Below, one piece after another: positions 1-10,265 of a stretch of DNA of 64,000 nt. How positions within the stretch are numbered: the first letter of the stretch is position 1; every line of letters starts with the position of its first letter. The position numbers and the translations under genes were made by a program. Source of the DNA: Dehalococcoidia bacterium (GTDB lineage: Bacteria; Chloroflexota; Dehalococcoidia; UBA6926); contig CAXXET010000006.1 in the NCBI GenBank assembly GCA_963666115.2, forward strand, positions 128,001 to 192,000, in the 5' to 3' direction. The notes beneath the pieces were generated by a model that was not told the origin of the DNA, made no database searches, and saw only the letters and a program-made list of their open reading frames with translations.

Positions 1-418
1 CCAACAGCCCGTACACGATGGACGGCACGCCCGCCAGGTTGGAGATATTCACCTCGATGAGCTGCGTCAGCCTGTTTCGCGGCGCGTACTCCTCAAGATA
101 GATCGCAGTCGCCGTCCCGATGGGGAATGTGAACAACGCCGTCAACCCGCCAACCCATAGCGTGCCGAAGAGGGCGGAGCGCAAACCTGCATCAGGCGGT
201 CGCCGTGACGGATAGGTGGACAAAAAATCCCAGTCGATCCACGGCAGCCCGTCGATGAGAACGTCGATGATAAGCGCGGCCAACGTCGCAAGCCCCACGA
301 ACGTTGACGTGAAGAACAGCGCGACCGCCGCGTTGCCAAGCAGACGCCGCCCGCGCAGGCTCCTGTGAAACTGCTCTGCGCTGACGCCCCGGACGCCGCT
401 GTTCCCTGTTGTCGCCAT
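1..418 (-). CDS. pstA: Phosphate ABC transporter permease PstA (runs off window edge)
   Basis: Hand translation from ATG at 418: MATTGNSG...AIYLEEYAPRNRLTQLIEVNISNLAGVPSIVYGLL, a PstA signature; directly downstream of pstC. Confidence 0.9.
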   Translation of the reverse strand, partial: MATTGNSGVRGVSAEQFHRSLRGRRLLGNAAVALFFTSTFVGLATLAALIIDVLIDGLPWIDWDFLSTYPSRRPPDAGLRSALFGTLWVGGLTALFTFPIGTATAIYLEEYAPRNRLTQLIEVNISNLAGVPSIVYGLL

Positions 419-430
419 GTTCAAGCGCCC

Positions 431-1384
431 CTAATACGCCTGCCGCCAGCGGCGAACCACCCAGTGGCCCAGGACATTCATGGCCAGCGTCATCACGAAC
501 AGCAGCAGGGCCACGGCGAAGATCGTGTAATAGATCGTCGTCCCCTGGGGTGTCTCGCCGAAGCCCACCTGGACGATGTAGGCCGTCATCGTCTGGATGC
601 TCTCCCGCGGGTCCAGCGTGAGACGTGGAGTCGCGCCCGCCGCGATGGTCACCAGCATCGTCTCGCCGATGGCGCGTGAAAGCCCGAGTATGATTGCCGC
701 CACGATGCCGGACAACGCCGCCGGCGTCACAACCCGCGTCGCCACCTCAAACCGTGTCGCCCCCAGCGCATACGCCGCCTCTCGCAATGAGCGCGGCACC
801 GCCAGCATCGCGTCCTCCGTCAACGATGACACAATCGGGATAATCATCACGCCCATCACCAGGCCCGCGCTCAGCGCGTTGAAGATGATCATGTCCGGGA
901 ACAGGTACTCCTGCAGCAGGGGCGTCACGAACGTCAATGCGAAGTAGCCGTACACGACCGTCGGAATGCCCGCGAGGATTTCCAGCATCGGCTTGACGAT
1001 GCGCCGGAAGCGGTCCGGCGCGTACTCGCTCAGGAAGATGGCCGTGAACAGCCCCACCGGCCCCGCCACCATGATTGCGATGGCCGCCACCAGCACGGTG
1101 CCCGCGACCAGCGGCAGCACGCCGAAGAGGGATGGCTGGAATCGCGGCGTCCAGACGGTGCCCGTCATGAACTCCCACACGGAGACATCCTGGAAGAACC
1201 GGAAGCTCTCATTCACCAGGACGAAGACAATCCCGAGTGTCGTGGCGATTGAGATAACCGTCGCTCCAAGAAGGAGCATGTGAATCGCTGTCTCGGTTCC
1301 GCGCTCTCTCCGTGAGCCGGACAGCAGGCGCTTCTCCAGGTCCTCCCGCGAAACGCGCGGCGCGGTGTATGACGCGTCAGCCAA
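431..1384 (-). CDS. pstC: Phosphate ABC transporter permease PstC
   Basis: [31 protein letters not shown] motifs. Confidence 0.95.
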   Translation of the reverse strand: MADASYTAPRVSREDLEKRLLSGSRRERGTETAIHMLLLGATVISIATTLGIVFVLVNESFRFFQDVSVWEFMTGTVWTPRFQPSLFGVLPLVAGTVLVAAIAIMVAGPVGLFTAIFLSEYAPDRFRRIVKPMLEILAGIPTVVYGYFALTFVTPLLQEYLFPDMIIFNALSAGLVMGVMIIPIVSSLTEDAMLAVPRSLREAAYALGATRFEVATRVVTPAALSGIVAAIILGLSRAIGETMLVTIAAGATPRLTLDPRESIQTMTAYIVQVGFGETPQGTTIYYTIFAVALLLFVMTLAMNVLGHWVVRRWRQAY

Positions 1385-1445
1385 AAAGTTAGTCCCTCCC
1401 CAATAGGGCCCCGACAGCCCCGCGCATAAGAATGCCCCACCCGGA

Positions 1446-1460
1446 TTAAGCGCGTGTTAA
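1446..1460 (-). promoter_or_regulatory. Putative Pho box upstream of pstC (two TTAA units 11 bp apart)
   Basis: TTAA at 1446 and 1457; minus strand TTAACACGCGC-TTAATCCGG, then a CATTCT -10-like hexamer 11 nt after the last TTAA, the same geometry as at pstS. Confidence 0.55.
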
Positions 1461-1486
1461 AGAACCCGCTCCCCTTTCCCACTGTC

Positions 1487-1520
1487 CCCTCTCCCTCTGG
1501 GAGAGGGCTAGGGTGAGGGT
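1487..1520. repeat. REP-like palindrome family D (CCCTCTCCC..GGGAGAGGGCTAGGGTGAGGG)
   Basis: Close copy at ~16415-16453, variants at ~19448-19481 and ~45913-45938; overlaps the arsC stop. Confidence 0.75.
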
Positions 1521-1942
1521 ATCCCCAACTCCTCCAGCAGGCTCGCCACCCGCGCCCGTATCGTGTCCCGGATCTCCCGGACCTCCCTCAACGGCCGGCC
1601 CTTTGGATCAGGAAGCCCCCAGTCCTCCGCGTCAAATATCGCCCCTGGGCACGCGTCATCAACGTTGCACCCCATCGTGATGACGCGGTCCGCCCCCTCC
1701 AGCATCTCCTCCGTCACCACCTGCGGCGTCGCGTCTGCCAGTTCCAGCCCAATCTCGCGCATCGCGTCCACCACTTGTGGGTGAACGTGCTCCGCAGGCA
1801 TCGTCCCCGCGGACATCGCCGTAGCCCTCCCCTCGGAGAGAACATTCAGCAGCGATGCTGCCATCTGGCTGCGGCCCGCGTTGTGAACGCAAACGAACAG
1901 GACCTCCGGATGCTGATTCGGGGAGCGGTGTGCCCCTGTCAT
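1508..1942 (-). CDS. arsC: Arsenate reductase, LMW-PTP (thioredoxin-dependent) family
   Basis: CVHNAGRSQMA P-loop, ITMGC..DACP, DWGLPDP. Confidence 0.85.
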   Translation of the reverse strand: MTGAHRSPNQHPEVLFVCVHNAGRSQMAASLLNVLSEGRATAMSAGTMPAEHVHPQVVDAMREIGLELADATPQVVTEEMLEGADRVITMGCNVDDACPGAIFDAEDWGLPDPKGRPLREVREIRDTIRARVASLLEELGIPSP

Positions 1943-1970
1943 CTCCTCGCCCCTTTCAACGTCGAAGCCG

Positions 1971-2963
1971 CTAGGCCCCGGTGTATGCCTTGATCAGCTT
2001 GCCCTTCTCCTCGTCATAGTCGGGGAGGGCAGTGTAGCCGACCTCCGGCACGAGCCGCGGCAGGTTGTCGAGGTAGTAATCGACAAACAGCTTGAGCTCA
2101 GGCCGCAGGCGAAGCTTGTTGACGTCCACGTAGATGAAGATCGGGCGGGCCAGCGGCGCATAGCTGCCGTCCGCGACCGTTTCATCACTCGGGGCGACGC
2201 AGCCGTTGCCCCCGTCGATCTCCACCAGCTTCAACTGGCTCGCGTTCTCCGCGTAGTAGGCGTACCCGAAGTACCCCAGGGAGTTGCGGTCCCCGGAGAT
2301 GCCGCGCACCAGCACGTTGTCGTCCGAAGACGCCACGTAATTGGAGCGGGACACACCCTCATCCCCATTTACCACGTGTGTGAAGTAGTCGAATGTCCCT
2401 GACTCCGTATCCGGCCCGTACAGGTTGAGGGGCTCGCTCGGGAATCCGGGGCGCACGTCATCCCACGAATCGACCATGCTGTCCGGCTTCCAGATTTCAC
2501 TCAGCTCAGCGACTGTCAGGCAGTCAACGAAGTCATTCTCCGTGCTGACCATCACGGCCAGCCCGTCCAGCGCCACCGTCAACTCCACGTAGTTGATCCC
2601 GTTCTCCGCAGCTATTGCCGCCTCGGAGTCCTTGATGGGGCGGGATGCATCGGAAATCTCCGTCTCCCCTACGGTGAACCGCTTGAAGCCGCCGCCCGTG
2701 CCGGAGATGCCAACGTTTACGCGAACGTCCGGGTGCTCTCGAAGAAACTCTTCGGCAACCGCCTCGGAGATCGGCGCGACCGTGCTTGAACCGTCAATCT
2801 CAATAGTGCCTGTCAGCTGCATGTCGCCGCCCGAATCGCCGCCGTCCCCGCACGCCGCGCCCCCAAGCACGACGATCAGTCCAAGAACGCCGGCAAACAT
2901 AAACCGGCGCCACGTCTTGCCTAACTGCATCTTTCCTCCCTGTCCTCGTGCAGACTTACTCAC
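1971..2963 (-). CDS. pstS: Phosphate ABC transporter substrate-binding lipoprotein PstS
   Basis: [23 protein letters not shown]; lipobox GAAC; start uncertain (GTG 2963 or ATG 2930). Confidence 0.93.
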   Translation of the reverse strand: MSKSARGQGGKMQLGKTWRRFMFAGVLGLIVVLGGAACGDGGDSGGDMQLTGTIEIDGSSTVAPISEAVAEEFLREHPDVRVNVGISGTGGGFKRFTVGETEISDASRPIKDSEAAIAAENGINYVELTVALDGLAVMVSTENDFVDCLTVAELSEIWKPDSMVDSWDDVRPGFPSEPLNLYGPDTESGTFDYFTHVVNGDEGVSRSNYVASSDDNVLVRGISGDRNSLGYFGYAYYAENASQLKLVEIDGGNGCVAPSDETVADGSYAPLARPIFIYVDVNKLRLRPELKLFVDYYLDNLPRLVPEVGYTALPDYDEEKGKLIKAYTGA

Positions 2964-2996
2964 CCAGTTGTCTCAACTGAGCGTAGGCAAGATGCA

Positions 2997-3033
2997 TTAA
3001 CGACAAGGCAACACGCCGTTAACACCTGATTAA
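2997..3033 (-). promoter_or_regulatory. Putative Pho box array upstream of pstS (four units, 11-bp period)
   Basis: TTAA/TTGC units at 2997, 3008, 3019 and 3030; TACGCT -10-like hexamer 11 nt after the last unit; OmpR/PhoB-type direct-repeat geometry. Confidence 0.65.
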
Positions 3034-5825
3034 GACATCGTCCCCCAGGACGCCCCCGCCTTCACGTCCACCACCAGCGGCACGTCAAGCTCCGGCATCA
3101 CCACCGGCATCACCTCGTCCACGATGGCCGCCAGCGCCTCCCGTTCATCATCCGGCGCCTCAAAAAGCAGCTCATCGTGAATCTGCAGCAGCATCAGCGT
3201 CCGCATCCCTGACTCATCCAGCCGCTCCTGCATCCTTAACATCGCCAGCTTGATGATCTCCGCCGCCGTCCCCTGCACGGGCATGTTGATCGCCATCCGC
3301 TCCGCCGCCGCGCGCGCCTGCTGGTTGGACGCCGTGATCTCCGGCAAGTAGCGCCGCCGCCCCAGCAGCGTCTGCACGTAGCCGTTCTCTCGCGCTCCGG
3401 CGATGGTTTCGTCCATGTACGTGCGAACCTTCGGGAACCGCTCGAAATACGCAGTGATGAACGCGTCCGCCTCCTTGCGGTCCATCTCAAGCCGCGTCGC
3501 CAATCCGAACCCGCCCATCCCGTACACGATGCCGAAGTTCACTGCCTTCGCAATGCGCCGGTGGTCGGATGTCACCCCGTCCGGCGCGATGCCGAGAACC
3601 TGCGACGCTGTCGAGGAGTGAATGTCCTCTCCGGCGTGAAACGCATCCTTTAATCCCGCGTCGTCGGAGAGGTGCGCCAGCACGCGCAACTCCACCTGCG
3701 AATAATCCGCTGACACCAGCGCCGACCCGTCCCCCGCGATGAACGCCTCCCGGATGCGCCGCCCAGATTCCGTTCGCACGGGGATGTTCTGGAGATTCGG
3801 GTCCTGCGACGCGATGCGCCCCGTCGCCGAGCCCGTCTGGTTGAAGCTCGTATGAATCCGCCCGGTCCCCGTGTAGACCTCCTTGGGCAGTGCGTCCACG
3901 TACGTGGAAACCAGCTTGGACAACTCGCGGTATTCCAGAATGCGCTGTACGATGTGGCTGTGCGGCTCGCCGCTCTTGACCAGCCCCTCCAGCACGGACG
4001 CATCTGTTGAATAGCCCGTCTGAGTCCGCCGCCGCGCCGGCAGCCCCAGCTTCTCAAATAAAACCTCTCCCAGTTGCTTGGGAGAATTAAGGTTGAAGAC
4101 GAGGGGCTCGTCCATGCCGGCCCCCGCGCCCGCCTCGTCGTAGATCTCCTGCGTCATCTGGTCCAGGTGTCCGTGCATCTCTCCGGACATCCGCGACAGC
4201 AGGTCTGCGTCCAGCCGCACCCCGTTGCGCTCCATGCGTGACAGCACCGGCGCGAGCGGCATCTCAAGTCCCTCAAACAACGCTTCTGCACGCTGTTCTT
4301 TAAGGGTAGGCGCCCACGACTCCATCATCCGCAACGCGTAGTCCGCGGCGGAGCACGCGTACCCCATCGCAGTCTCAGCCTCCAGGGCGTGGAACGGAAT
4401 CGCCTTCTTCCCCGTTCCCAGCAGTTCGTCGAGCGTCGGCAGCTCCTGTCCGAACTCCGAGAGGACAAGCTGTGGCAGGGCAGTGGACGGCTTGCCGAGC
4501 ATATGCGCCGCCACGGACGTATCCCAGATCGGGTTGTCGATCTCAATGCCGGCGTTGGCGAAGAGCGGCAGAACCTCCCGCGCCACGTGCGCCACAAGCG
4601 TCCGCGGCGTCCCCTCCGGCCCGTCCTCCCCCAAAAATCGCCCCAGCCGCTCCAGCATCTCCCCGCCGGCCGCAAGGGGCATCCCAAGCCCCTCTTCCAT
4701 TAACGGAACAAAAGCGGCCTCCCCGGGCGCCCACGACAACCCAATTCCCGCCGCCGTCCCTTCCATCACCTGGGACGATGTCGTTGGCGCGACGATGGCC
4801 GTATGCGGCGCGTGTGCAATCTCGCTCAATAGAACATCCAGATCCTGCGGCGTCGTGACAGTCTGGTAGGACGTGTCCACGTCCGGTATCGCGACTGCGG
4901 GCGATGGCGATTCCTCCCCCGCGTCGCCAATATCCGGTATCCGGTTGATCAGCGAGTTGAACTCCATCGCCCGGAAAAAATCGACCAGCCGTGAGCGGTC
5001 AAACCTCTCCGTCCACTGCAAATCGTCCAGCGTCACCGGCAGGTCAAGCGTCGTCACGATGCGCGTCAACTCCAGTCCCTGCATCGCCGACTCCCGCCCG
5101 TCGATCAGGCGCTGCCGCACCCGCTCCGGCTGCACGTCGTCAATCTGCTCATACAACGCGCCAACCGTGCCGTACTCCTGCAGCAGCGTCGTCGCCGTCT
5201 TTGAGCCCACCCCCGCCACGCCCGGGATATTGTCGGACGGGTCGCCCTGTAGCGCCTTTAGGTCCGGTATCTGCTCCGGCGTAAGCCCGTACCGCTCTTT
5301 CACCCCGTCGGGATCGAAGAGCGACTCATTCCGCGCGCCCCGTTGATACAGCACGCTCACCGTCGGCGAAACCAGCTGCATCGTGTCCTGGTCGCCCGTC
5401 ACGATGACGGTTCGCAGCCCTCGTTCCGTGGCGCGGTGGGAGAAATGCCCCAGCACGTCGTCCGCCTCATACCCTTGCAGCTCCAGGATGGGTATGCCGA
5501 ACGACTCCACCGCTTCCCGCACCCGCCCGTACTGGCTCCGCATCTCGTCCGGCATGTGTGGCCGCTGCGCCTTGTACTCCGCGTACATCTCGTGGCGAAA
5601 CGTCGGGCCGGACATGTCGAACGCCACCGCCGCATACGCCGGACGCATCTGCCCCAGCGCCTTCAACAGCGACGACGCCACGCCGTACACGGCGTTGATC
5701 ACCTCGCCGGTCTGCGAAACCGACATGTGCGGAATCGCGTGGAACGCCCGGTGAAACATCGCGTGGCCGTCGAAGAGCGCCACGAGACTGTCATCGATCT
5801 CGTGCCTACGGCTCCGTGGTGGCAT
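3030..5825 (-). CDS. polA: DNA polymerase I
   Basis: 5'-3' exonuclease (DGHAMFHRAFHA, YEADD); polymerase motifs DYSQVELR, KAVNFGIVYG, QIHDELLFE; likely start ATG 5825 rather than 6095. Confidence 0.95.
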   Translation of the reverse strand: MPPRSRRHEIDDSLVALFDGHAMFHRAFHAIPHMSVSQTGEVINAVYGVASSLLKALGQMRPAYAAVAFDMSGPTFRHEMYAEYKAQRPHMPDEMRSQYGRVREAVESFGIPILELQGYEADDVLGHFSHRATERGLRTVIVTGDQDTMQLVSPTVSVLYQRGARNESLFDPDGVKERYGLTPEQIPDLKALQGDPSDNIPGVAGVGSKTATTLLQEYGTVGALYEQIDDVQPERVRQRLIDGRESAMQGLELTRIVTTLDLPVTLDDLQWTERFDRSRLVDFFRAMEFNSLINRIPDIGDAGEESPSPAVAIPDVDTSYQTVTTPQDLDVLLSEIAHAPHTAIVAPTTSSQVMEGTAAGIGLSWAPGEAAFVPLMEEGLGMPLAAGGEMLERLGRFLGEDGPEGTPRTLVAHVAREVLPLFANAGIEIDNPIWDTSVAAHMLGKPSTALPQLVLSEFGQELPTLDELLGTGKKAIPFHALEAETAMGYACSAADYALRMMESWAPTLKEQRAEALFEGLEMPLAPVLSRMERNGVRLDADLLSRMSGEMHGHLDQMTQEIYDEAGAGAGMDEPLVFNLNSPKQLGEVLFEKLGLPARRRTQTGYSTDASVLEGLVKSGEPHSHIVQRILEYRELSKLVSTYVDALPKEVYTGTGRIHTSFNQTGSATGRIASQDPNLQNIPVRTESGRRIREAFIAGDGSALVSADYSQVELRVLAHLSDDAGLKDAFHAGEDIHSSTASQVLGIAPDGVTSDHRRIAKAVNFGIVYGMGGFGLATRLEMDRKEADAFITAYFERFPKVRTYMDETIAGARENGYVQTLLGRRRYLPEITASNQQARAAAERMAINMPVQGTAAEIIKLAMLRMQERLDESGMRTLMLLQIHDELLFEAPDDEREALAAIVDEVMPVVMPELDVPLVVDVKAGASWGTMS

Positions 5826-6204
5826 CCCGATCCTCCGGCAGCATCCACGCGCGCAGCGCAAGAACACGCGCCCGCGCCCGGTGAAGCTCCCCCAACGCCT
5901 CGATGATCGCGCGCGCGTCAGGCCAACCGGCCAAATCCACGTCCGTGCGGAAGGGATGTGTCGTGATGTGGAGCGGCAGCAGTTCCGCCGCCGTCTCGCT
6001 GTTCGTGGGCGCCAGGGACAGGGGATTCTCGGACAGGTGCTGGCCGAGGCTGCCGAGGCGCTCGGCAAGGCCGCGTACCCGTGACTCCGCCGCACGGAGC
6101 GCGGTCAGCGCCTCCGCATACCGTTCACGGGGCGTCCGTGTCTCGTGGCCGCCTGTCGCCACCCGTGCCGCTTCAGGCGGCGGAACTGCTCGTCGCTGCA
6201 TCAT
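5806..6204 (-). CDS. Hypothetical helical protein overlapping the polA start
   Basis: ~132-aa ORF with coiled-coil-like composition; stop overlaps the polA 5' end. Confidence 0.55.
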   Translation of the reverse strand: MMQRRAVPPPEAARVATGGHETRTPRERYAEALTALRAAESRVRGLAERLGSLGQHLSENPLSLAPTNSETAAELLPLHITTHPFRTDVDLAGWPDARAIIEALGELHRARARVLALRAWMLPEDRDATTEP

Positions 6205-6287
6205 CGTTCTCACACAAGAGTACCGTATAATCGTTGGGTAGGCGCGGAGCGGGCATCCCGGACACCATGCAGCGAGGGCGAATGCAA

Positions 6288-8105
6288 ATGACACGATGGA
6301 GCGGACGAGGACTCATGCTTGTCATCTGCCTTGTCTTGCTCGTTGCCGCAGCCGCCTGCAACGACGACGCCGCATCGACCACCACCGCGGAGCCAACCGC
6401 CGTCGGAGATGGCGCCGGCGGCCAGGGCGGAGGCGTCGCTCGCCCCACGCCGACGGTGAACCCTCCCGTCCCCACCATTCAGCCCGTCAGAAGCAATATC
6501 ATCGAAACAACGTCCATCAGCGGCAAGCCTGTTCCCAACGATGCCGTGCAGGGCGGCACACTCATCGCGTCTGTCTGGCAGTCAGAGCAAACATTCAATA
6601 CGTGGGAAGACTATGAGGGCGCGTCTTTCGTCATGATGCACCCCTTGCATAATCTTCTCCTGCAAACCCGCACCTGGGGTGATACCGATGACTTTCAGCG
6701 GCACAGGTTCCTTGAGATTTACCCGGACCTGGCCCTGGGATGGGAAATCTCCAGGGACGGTTTGACCATCACGGTCAACCTCAGGGATGACGTTTTCTGG
6801 ACGGACGGCGTCCGGTTGACGTGCGGGGACGTCGCCTGGACCTACAATACGATCCGAACGGGCGGGGGACTTATTCGCAGCCCGAGGTCCGTCTACTTCG
6901 CCTCCGTCAGGCAGGTGGAGTGCGCGGACGCTTTCACCGTCCTCTTCCTGCTCCGCGAACCGCGAGTTGCAGTCATCGATGCGCTTGCCCTTCCGCATAA
7001 CATCATTCGACCGCAGCACATTTACGCCAATGACACCGCAGCCATGCGGGATCGGCTCCCCACGGTTACCACCGGCCCGTTCGTCGTCGCCGGACAGGTG
7101 CCGGGCGAGAGCGTCACGTATAGCCGGAACAATAGCTACTGGGATCAGCCCTTCCCGTTCTTGTCGGGACTGGAGTTCGTCATCCTGGCGGAATCCGCCC
7201 TGGCGACCGGGCTCCGTTCGGGAGCCATCGACGTGGGCAAGCCGGAGGGCTATGCCAAGGAGGACGCGGAGACCCTGCAAAACGAATGTGACACCTGCCA
7301 GGTCTGGCCGCGGGCATTGGCAATGGGCCAAACGCACCACATCATCCTCAACCACACCAGGGAGCCCTGGAACAGCAGCGGCATCAAGGAGGTTATCGCC
7401 CTCGGAATTGACAACACGAAGTACATCCGGAACATCCATGGCGGCTGGCACTTGCCGCCCACCGGCTGCGGCACCTATCCCTACTCAACCTGGGCATTGC
7501 CAATAGACCGTTGCACGGACATTCCCGGCTATAGCGATTTCTCCGCAAAGTCCTCGCCTGCGGCGGACAAGGCGCATGCCAGGGAAATCCTTGCCAATCT
7601 CGGCTACTCCCCCGGCGAGCTGTCCATCTCCATCTACTTCAGTGAAGTTACTGAGGAGGATATCCCTGCAGTCATCTCCGACTTCCAGGAAATCGGCATC
7701 AACGCCGCCTCCATCGTCCTTAGCCGGCAAGACTTCCTGGCCCGCATCACCGAAGGCGACTTTGACGCTGCCGTCCATTCTGAATGGGCCATCAGCGATG
7801 CCCCGGACCTCTTGCTCCTCGGACACTTCTATACCGATGGCCGGAACAATTTCGGACGCTTCAGCAGCCCGGAACTCGATGACCTCGTCGATACCATGAG
7901 CGCCGCCCAGAACCTGGACACCCGGCGGGAACTCGCTTGGGATGCCCTGGAGTTGGCCCTCAAGGAGCAGGCAAAGATCGTTGTCTCCCACGGCGTCCTC
8001 ATGCCCGTCTTCAGTGGACGAGTGCGCGGCGTCATGCCCGGTCTCGACTACCAGGCTGAATACGGCCCCCAACTTCGGTACGATCACGCCTGGCTGGCCC
8101 AATAG
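6288..8105 (+). CDS. ABC transporter substrate-binding lipoprotein, family 5 (copy 1, most divergent)
   Basis: Lipobox AAAAC, PDLALGWEISRDG..LRDDVFWTDG, TTGPF; TATAAT at 6226; start uncertain (6267, 6282 or 6288). Confidence 0.9.
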   Translation: MTRWSGRGLMLVICLVLLVAAAACNDDAASTTTAEPTAVGDGAGGQGGGVARPTPTVNPPVPTIQPVRSNIIETTSISGKPVPNDAVQGGTLIASVWQSEQTFNTWEDYEGASFVMMHPLHNLLLQTRTWGDTDDFQRHRFLEIYPDLALGWEISRDGLTITVNLRDDVFWTDGVRLTCGDVAWTYNTIRTGGGLIRSPRSVYFASVRQVECADAFTVLFLLREPRVAVIDALALPHNIIRPQHIYANDTAAMRDRLPTVTTGPFVVAGQVPGESVTYSRNNSYWDQPFPFLSGLEFVILAESALATGLRSGAIDVGKPEGYAKEDAETLQNECDTCQVWPRALAMGQTHHIILNHTREPWNSSGIKEVIALGIDNTKYIRNIHGGWHLPPTGCGTYPYSTWALPIDRCTDIPGYSDFSAKSSPAADKAHAREILANLGYSPGELSISIYFSEVTEEDIPAVISDFQEIGINAASIVLSRQDFLARITEGDFDAAVHSEWAISDAPDLLLLGHFYTDGRNNFGRFSSPELDDLVDTMSAAQNLDTRRELAWDALELALKEQAKIVVSHGVLMPVFSGRVRGVMPGLDYQAEYGPQLRYDHAWLAQ

Positions 8106-8170
8106 GCCGCGGCGCCGGACAGCCGGAGTGAACCCGCTATTCAATTCAGTACACCCTTGCGCTGCTAGGA

Positions 8171-8198
8171 TTGACATGACTCTAGCCACTGTCATAAT
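8171..8198 (+). promoter_or_regulatory. sigma70-type promoter of SBP copy 2
   Basis: GCTAGGA-TTGACA-N16-CATAAT; same arrangement before copies 3, 4 and 5. Confidence 0.75.
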
Positions 8199-8251
8199 CA
8201 ATGCATCCAACAACTGGTAAAGCAGATGGTTTAAGGTAGGAGGAAGACCTC

Positions 8252-10105
8252 ATGAGCAGATGGACCCTGCTCCTCATCGGGCTGGTCGCAACAATCGCCT
8301 TGCTGGCGGCTGCGTGCGGCGGCACCGCTGAGGAAGAACAGGATGAAGTGGCCAACACGCCTGCGCCCACGGCAACGGCGCTGACCATTACCGCAAGCTC
8401 CCCGCAGGCCGAGCCGACGACGCCTCCGGCGGCAACCCCGGCCACAGACGAAGACCCCACGCATTCCGTCAGCGGAATCCCGCTTGATCCTGACGCGGTC
8501 TACGGCGGCACGCTCAAGCTCGCCTATCGGTCCACCAACCCGCTGAACCCCTGGGAAGAGGCGGCCGGACCGGCATTCGACGTTGGGCACCTGCTCAATA
8601 ACATGCTTATCAAGCCGCGCACGTGGGGAACCGAAGAGGACTTCAAGAACAATGCGTTCTTCGAACTGCATCCTGACCTGGCCAGCACGTGGGAACAGTC
8701 TGAGGACGGCCTGTCCTGGAGCTTCACCCTGCGCGACGGCATTGACTGGTCGGACGGAACACCCCTGTCCTGCAACGACGTGAAGTGGTCCTTTGACACA
8801 ATCAGGCTGTCAAACGACGCCGGACTCCTGCGCAGCCCGCGCAAGACCCACTACCTGGCAATTGACAGCATCCAGTGCGCGGACGACCTCACCGTGGTCT
8901 TTAACCTTCGGTGGGCGAAGCCCGCTGTCCTGGAGGTCATTGGCCAGCCGTACAACATCATCTTCCCCTCCCACGTCTACCAGACCGAGTTCCTGGAGAC
9001 CGGCAAGCTGGATTCCATGCGCGAAGAGCCCTCCAAGGCCACCACCGGCGCGTTCCAACTCGTTGACTACATCCCCGGCGAGGGCTACACCTTTGAGCGG
9101 AATGACGACTACTGGGATGCTCCGCTCCCGTACGTTGACGGCGTCGAGATGATTTTCCTCTCCCGCTCCAACATCCCGCCCGCCCTCAGGACCGGCTCGG
9201 TTCACGTGGGCGACTCCCATGGTTACACCGGCGGACAGGCCCTCACCCTCCTGAGCGAGCATGACCCCGAGATCTTTACGATTTACGATCGGGTCATCGC
9301 ATCCTCGTTCAGCCCCGCGCTGTTCCTTAACAAGGAGCGCGCGCCCTGGAATGACCCTGCGGTCAACACCGCCTTCGCGCTCGCCATTGACAACCAGAAG
9401 TACATCACCGCCGTTCAGCAGGACCTCTTTGAACTGCCCACCGGCTGCGGCTTCTACCCCACCAGTGAGTGGGCCATGCCCGCCGAGCGCTGCGCCGCCA
9501 TCCCCGGCTATGCGGACGTGTTCGGAGCGACCACTGAGGATCGCGCCGCCGCCGCCGCCGCTGATAAGGAGCGCGCCAAGAAGATCCTTGCGGACGCCGG
9601 CTACACCGGTGAGAATGCGCTCGACCTCAGCATGACTGTTTGGAACGTCATCCAGGCGGACGGCCCGCAGATCCAGTTGGACCTGCAGGAAGTCGGCGTC
9701 AACGTGGAGCTCCTGATCTTCGATTCCACCACCACCTACACCAAGTGGTCCAACGCCGACTTCGACGTGGGAGTCCACAGCTTCTGGATCGCGGGAATCG
9801 ACCCGGACGTGACGCTCTACGAGCACTTCTACACCGGCTCGGACCGCAACTACAACCGCTACAGCAATCCTGAGTTCGACAACCTGGTCAACCAGATGAG
9901 CCGGACCCTGGACAAGGAAGAGCGCAAGGAGCTTGCCTGGCAGGCCATGGAGCTCGCGCTGACTGAGGTGGGCAAGGTCGTCATTTCACACGGCTCCTAC
10001 TACCCGATGTTCAGCGCCAACCTCCGCGGCTACATGCCCGCCCCCAACTACCTCGCAGGCTACGGCCCGGTCAAGCGCTACGCCCACGTCTGGATCGACG
10101 AGTAG
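8252..10105 (+). CDS. ABC transporter substrate-binding lipoprotein, family 5 (copy 2)
   Basis: AGGAGG RBS, lipobox LAAAC, PDLASTWEQSEDG..FTLRDGIDWSDG. Confidence 0.93.
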   Translation: MSRWTLLLIGLVATIALLAAACGGTAEEEQDEVANTPAPTATALTITASSPQAEPTTPPAATPATDEDPTHSVSGIPLDPDAVYGGTLKLAYRSTNPLNPWEEAAGPAFDVGHLLNNMLIKPRTWGTEEDFKNNAFFELHPDLASTWEQSEDGLSWSFTLRDGIDWSDGTPLSCNDVKWSFDTIRLSNDAGLLRSPRKTHYLAIDSIQCADDLTVVFNLRWAKPAVLEVIGQPYNIIFPSHVYQTEFLETGKLDSMREEPSKATTGAFQLVDYIPGEGYTFERNDDYWDAPLPYVDGVEMIFLSRSNIPPALRTGSVHVGDSHGYTGGQALTLLSEHDPEIFTIYDRVIASSFSPALFLNKERAPWNDPAVNTAFALAIDNQKYITAVQQDLFELPTGCGFYPTSEWAMPAERCAAIPGYADVFGATTEDRAAAAAADKERAKKILADAGYTGENALDLSMTVWNVIQADGPQIQLDLQEVGVNVELLIFDSTTTYTKWSNADFDVGVHSFWIAGIDPDVTLYEHFYTGSDRNYNRYSNPEFDNLVNQMSRTLDKEERKELAWQAMELALTEVGKVVISHGSYYPMFSANLRGYMPAPNYLAGYGPVKRYAHVWIDE

Positions 10106-10136
10106 CGCAACGCGAATCCGGCCGGTTTCGGATAAC

Positions 10137-10178
10137 AATGCTGCCCCTGCCGCAACGGCAGGGGCAGCATTTCTTTTT
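10137..10178 (+). terminator. Rho-independent terminator after SBP copy 2
   Basis: AATGCTGCCCCTGCCG-CAA-CGGCAGGGGCAGCATT followed by TCTTTTT. Confidence 0.85.
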
Positions 10179-10200
10179 GCCATGCATAGTGTTGCTAGGG

Positions 10201-10228
10201 TTGACACTAGCTACAGTCAAGTCATAAT
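10201..10228 (+). promoter_or_regulatory. sigma70-type promoter of SBP copy 3
   Basis: GCTAGGG-TTGACA-CTAGCTACAGTCAAGT-CATAAT. Confidence 0.78.
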
Positions 10229-10265
10229 AACTCAATCACAGTTACCAATAGGGGAGGAGAAGATT

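Noticed and set aside
5826-6095. N-terminal extension of PolA in the ORF track
   Set aside because: Non-protein-like sequence overlapping a more plausible ORF; PolA homology starts after 5825
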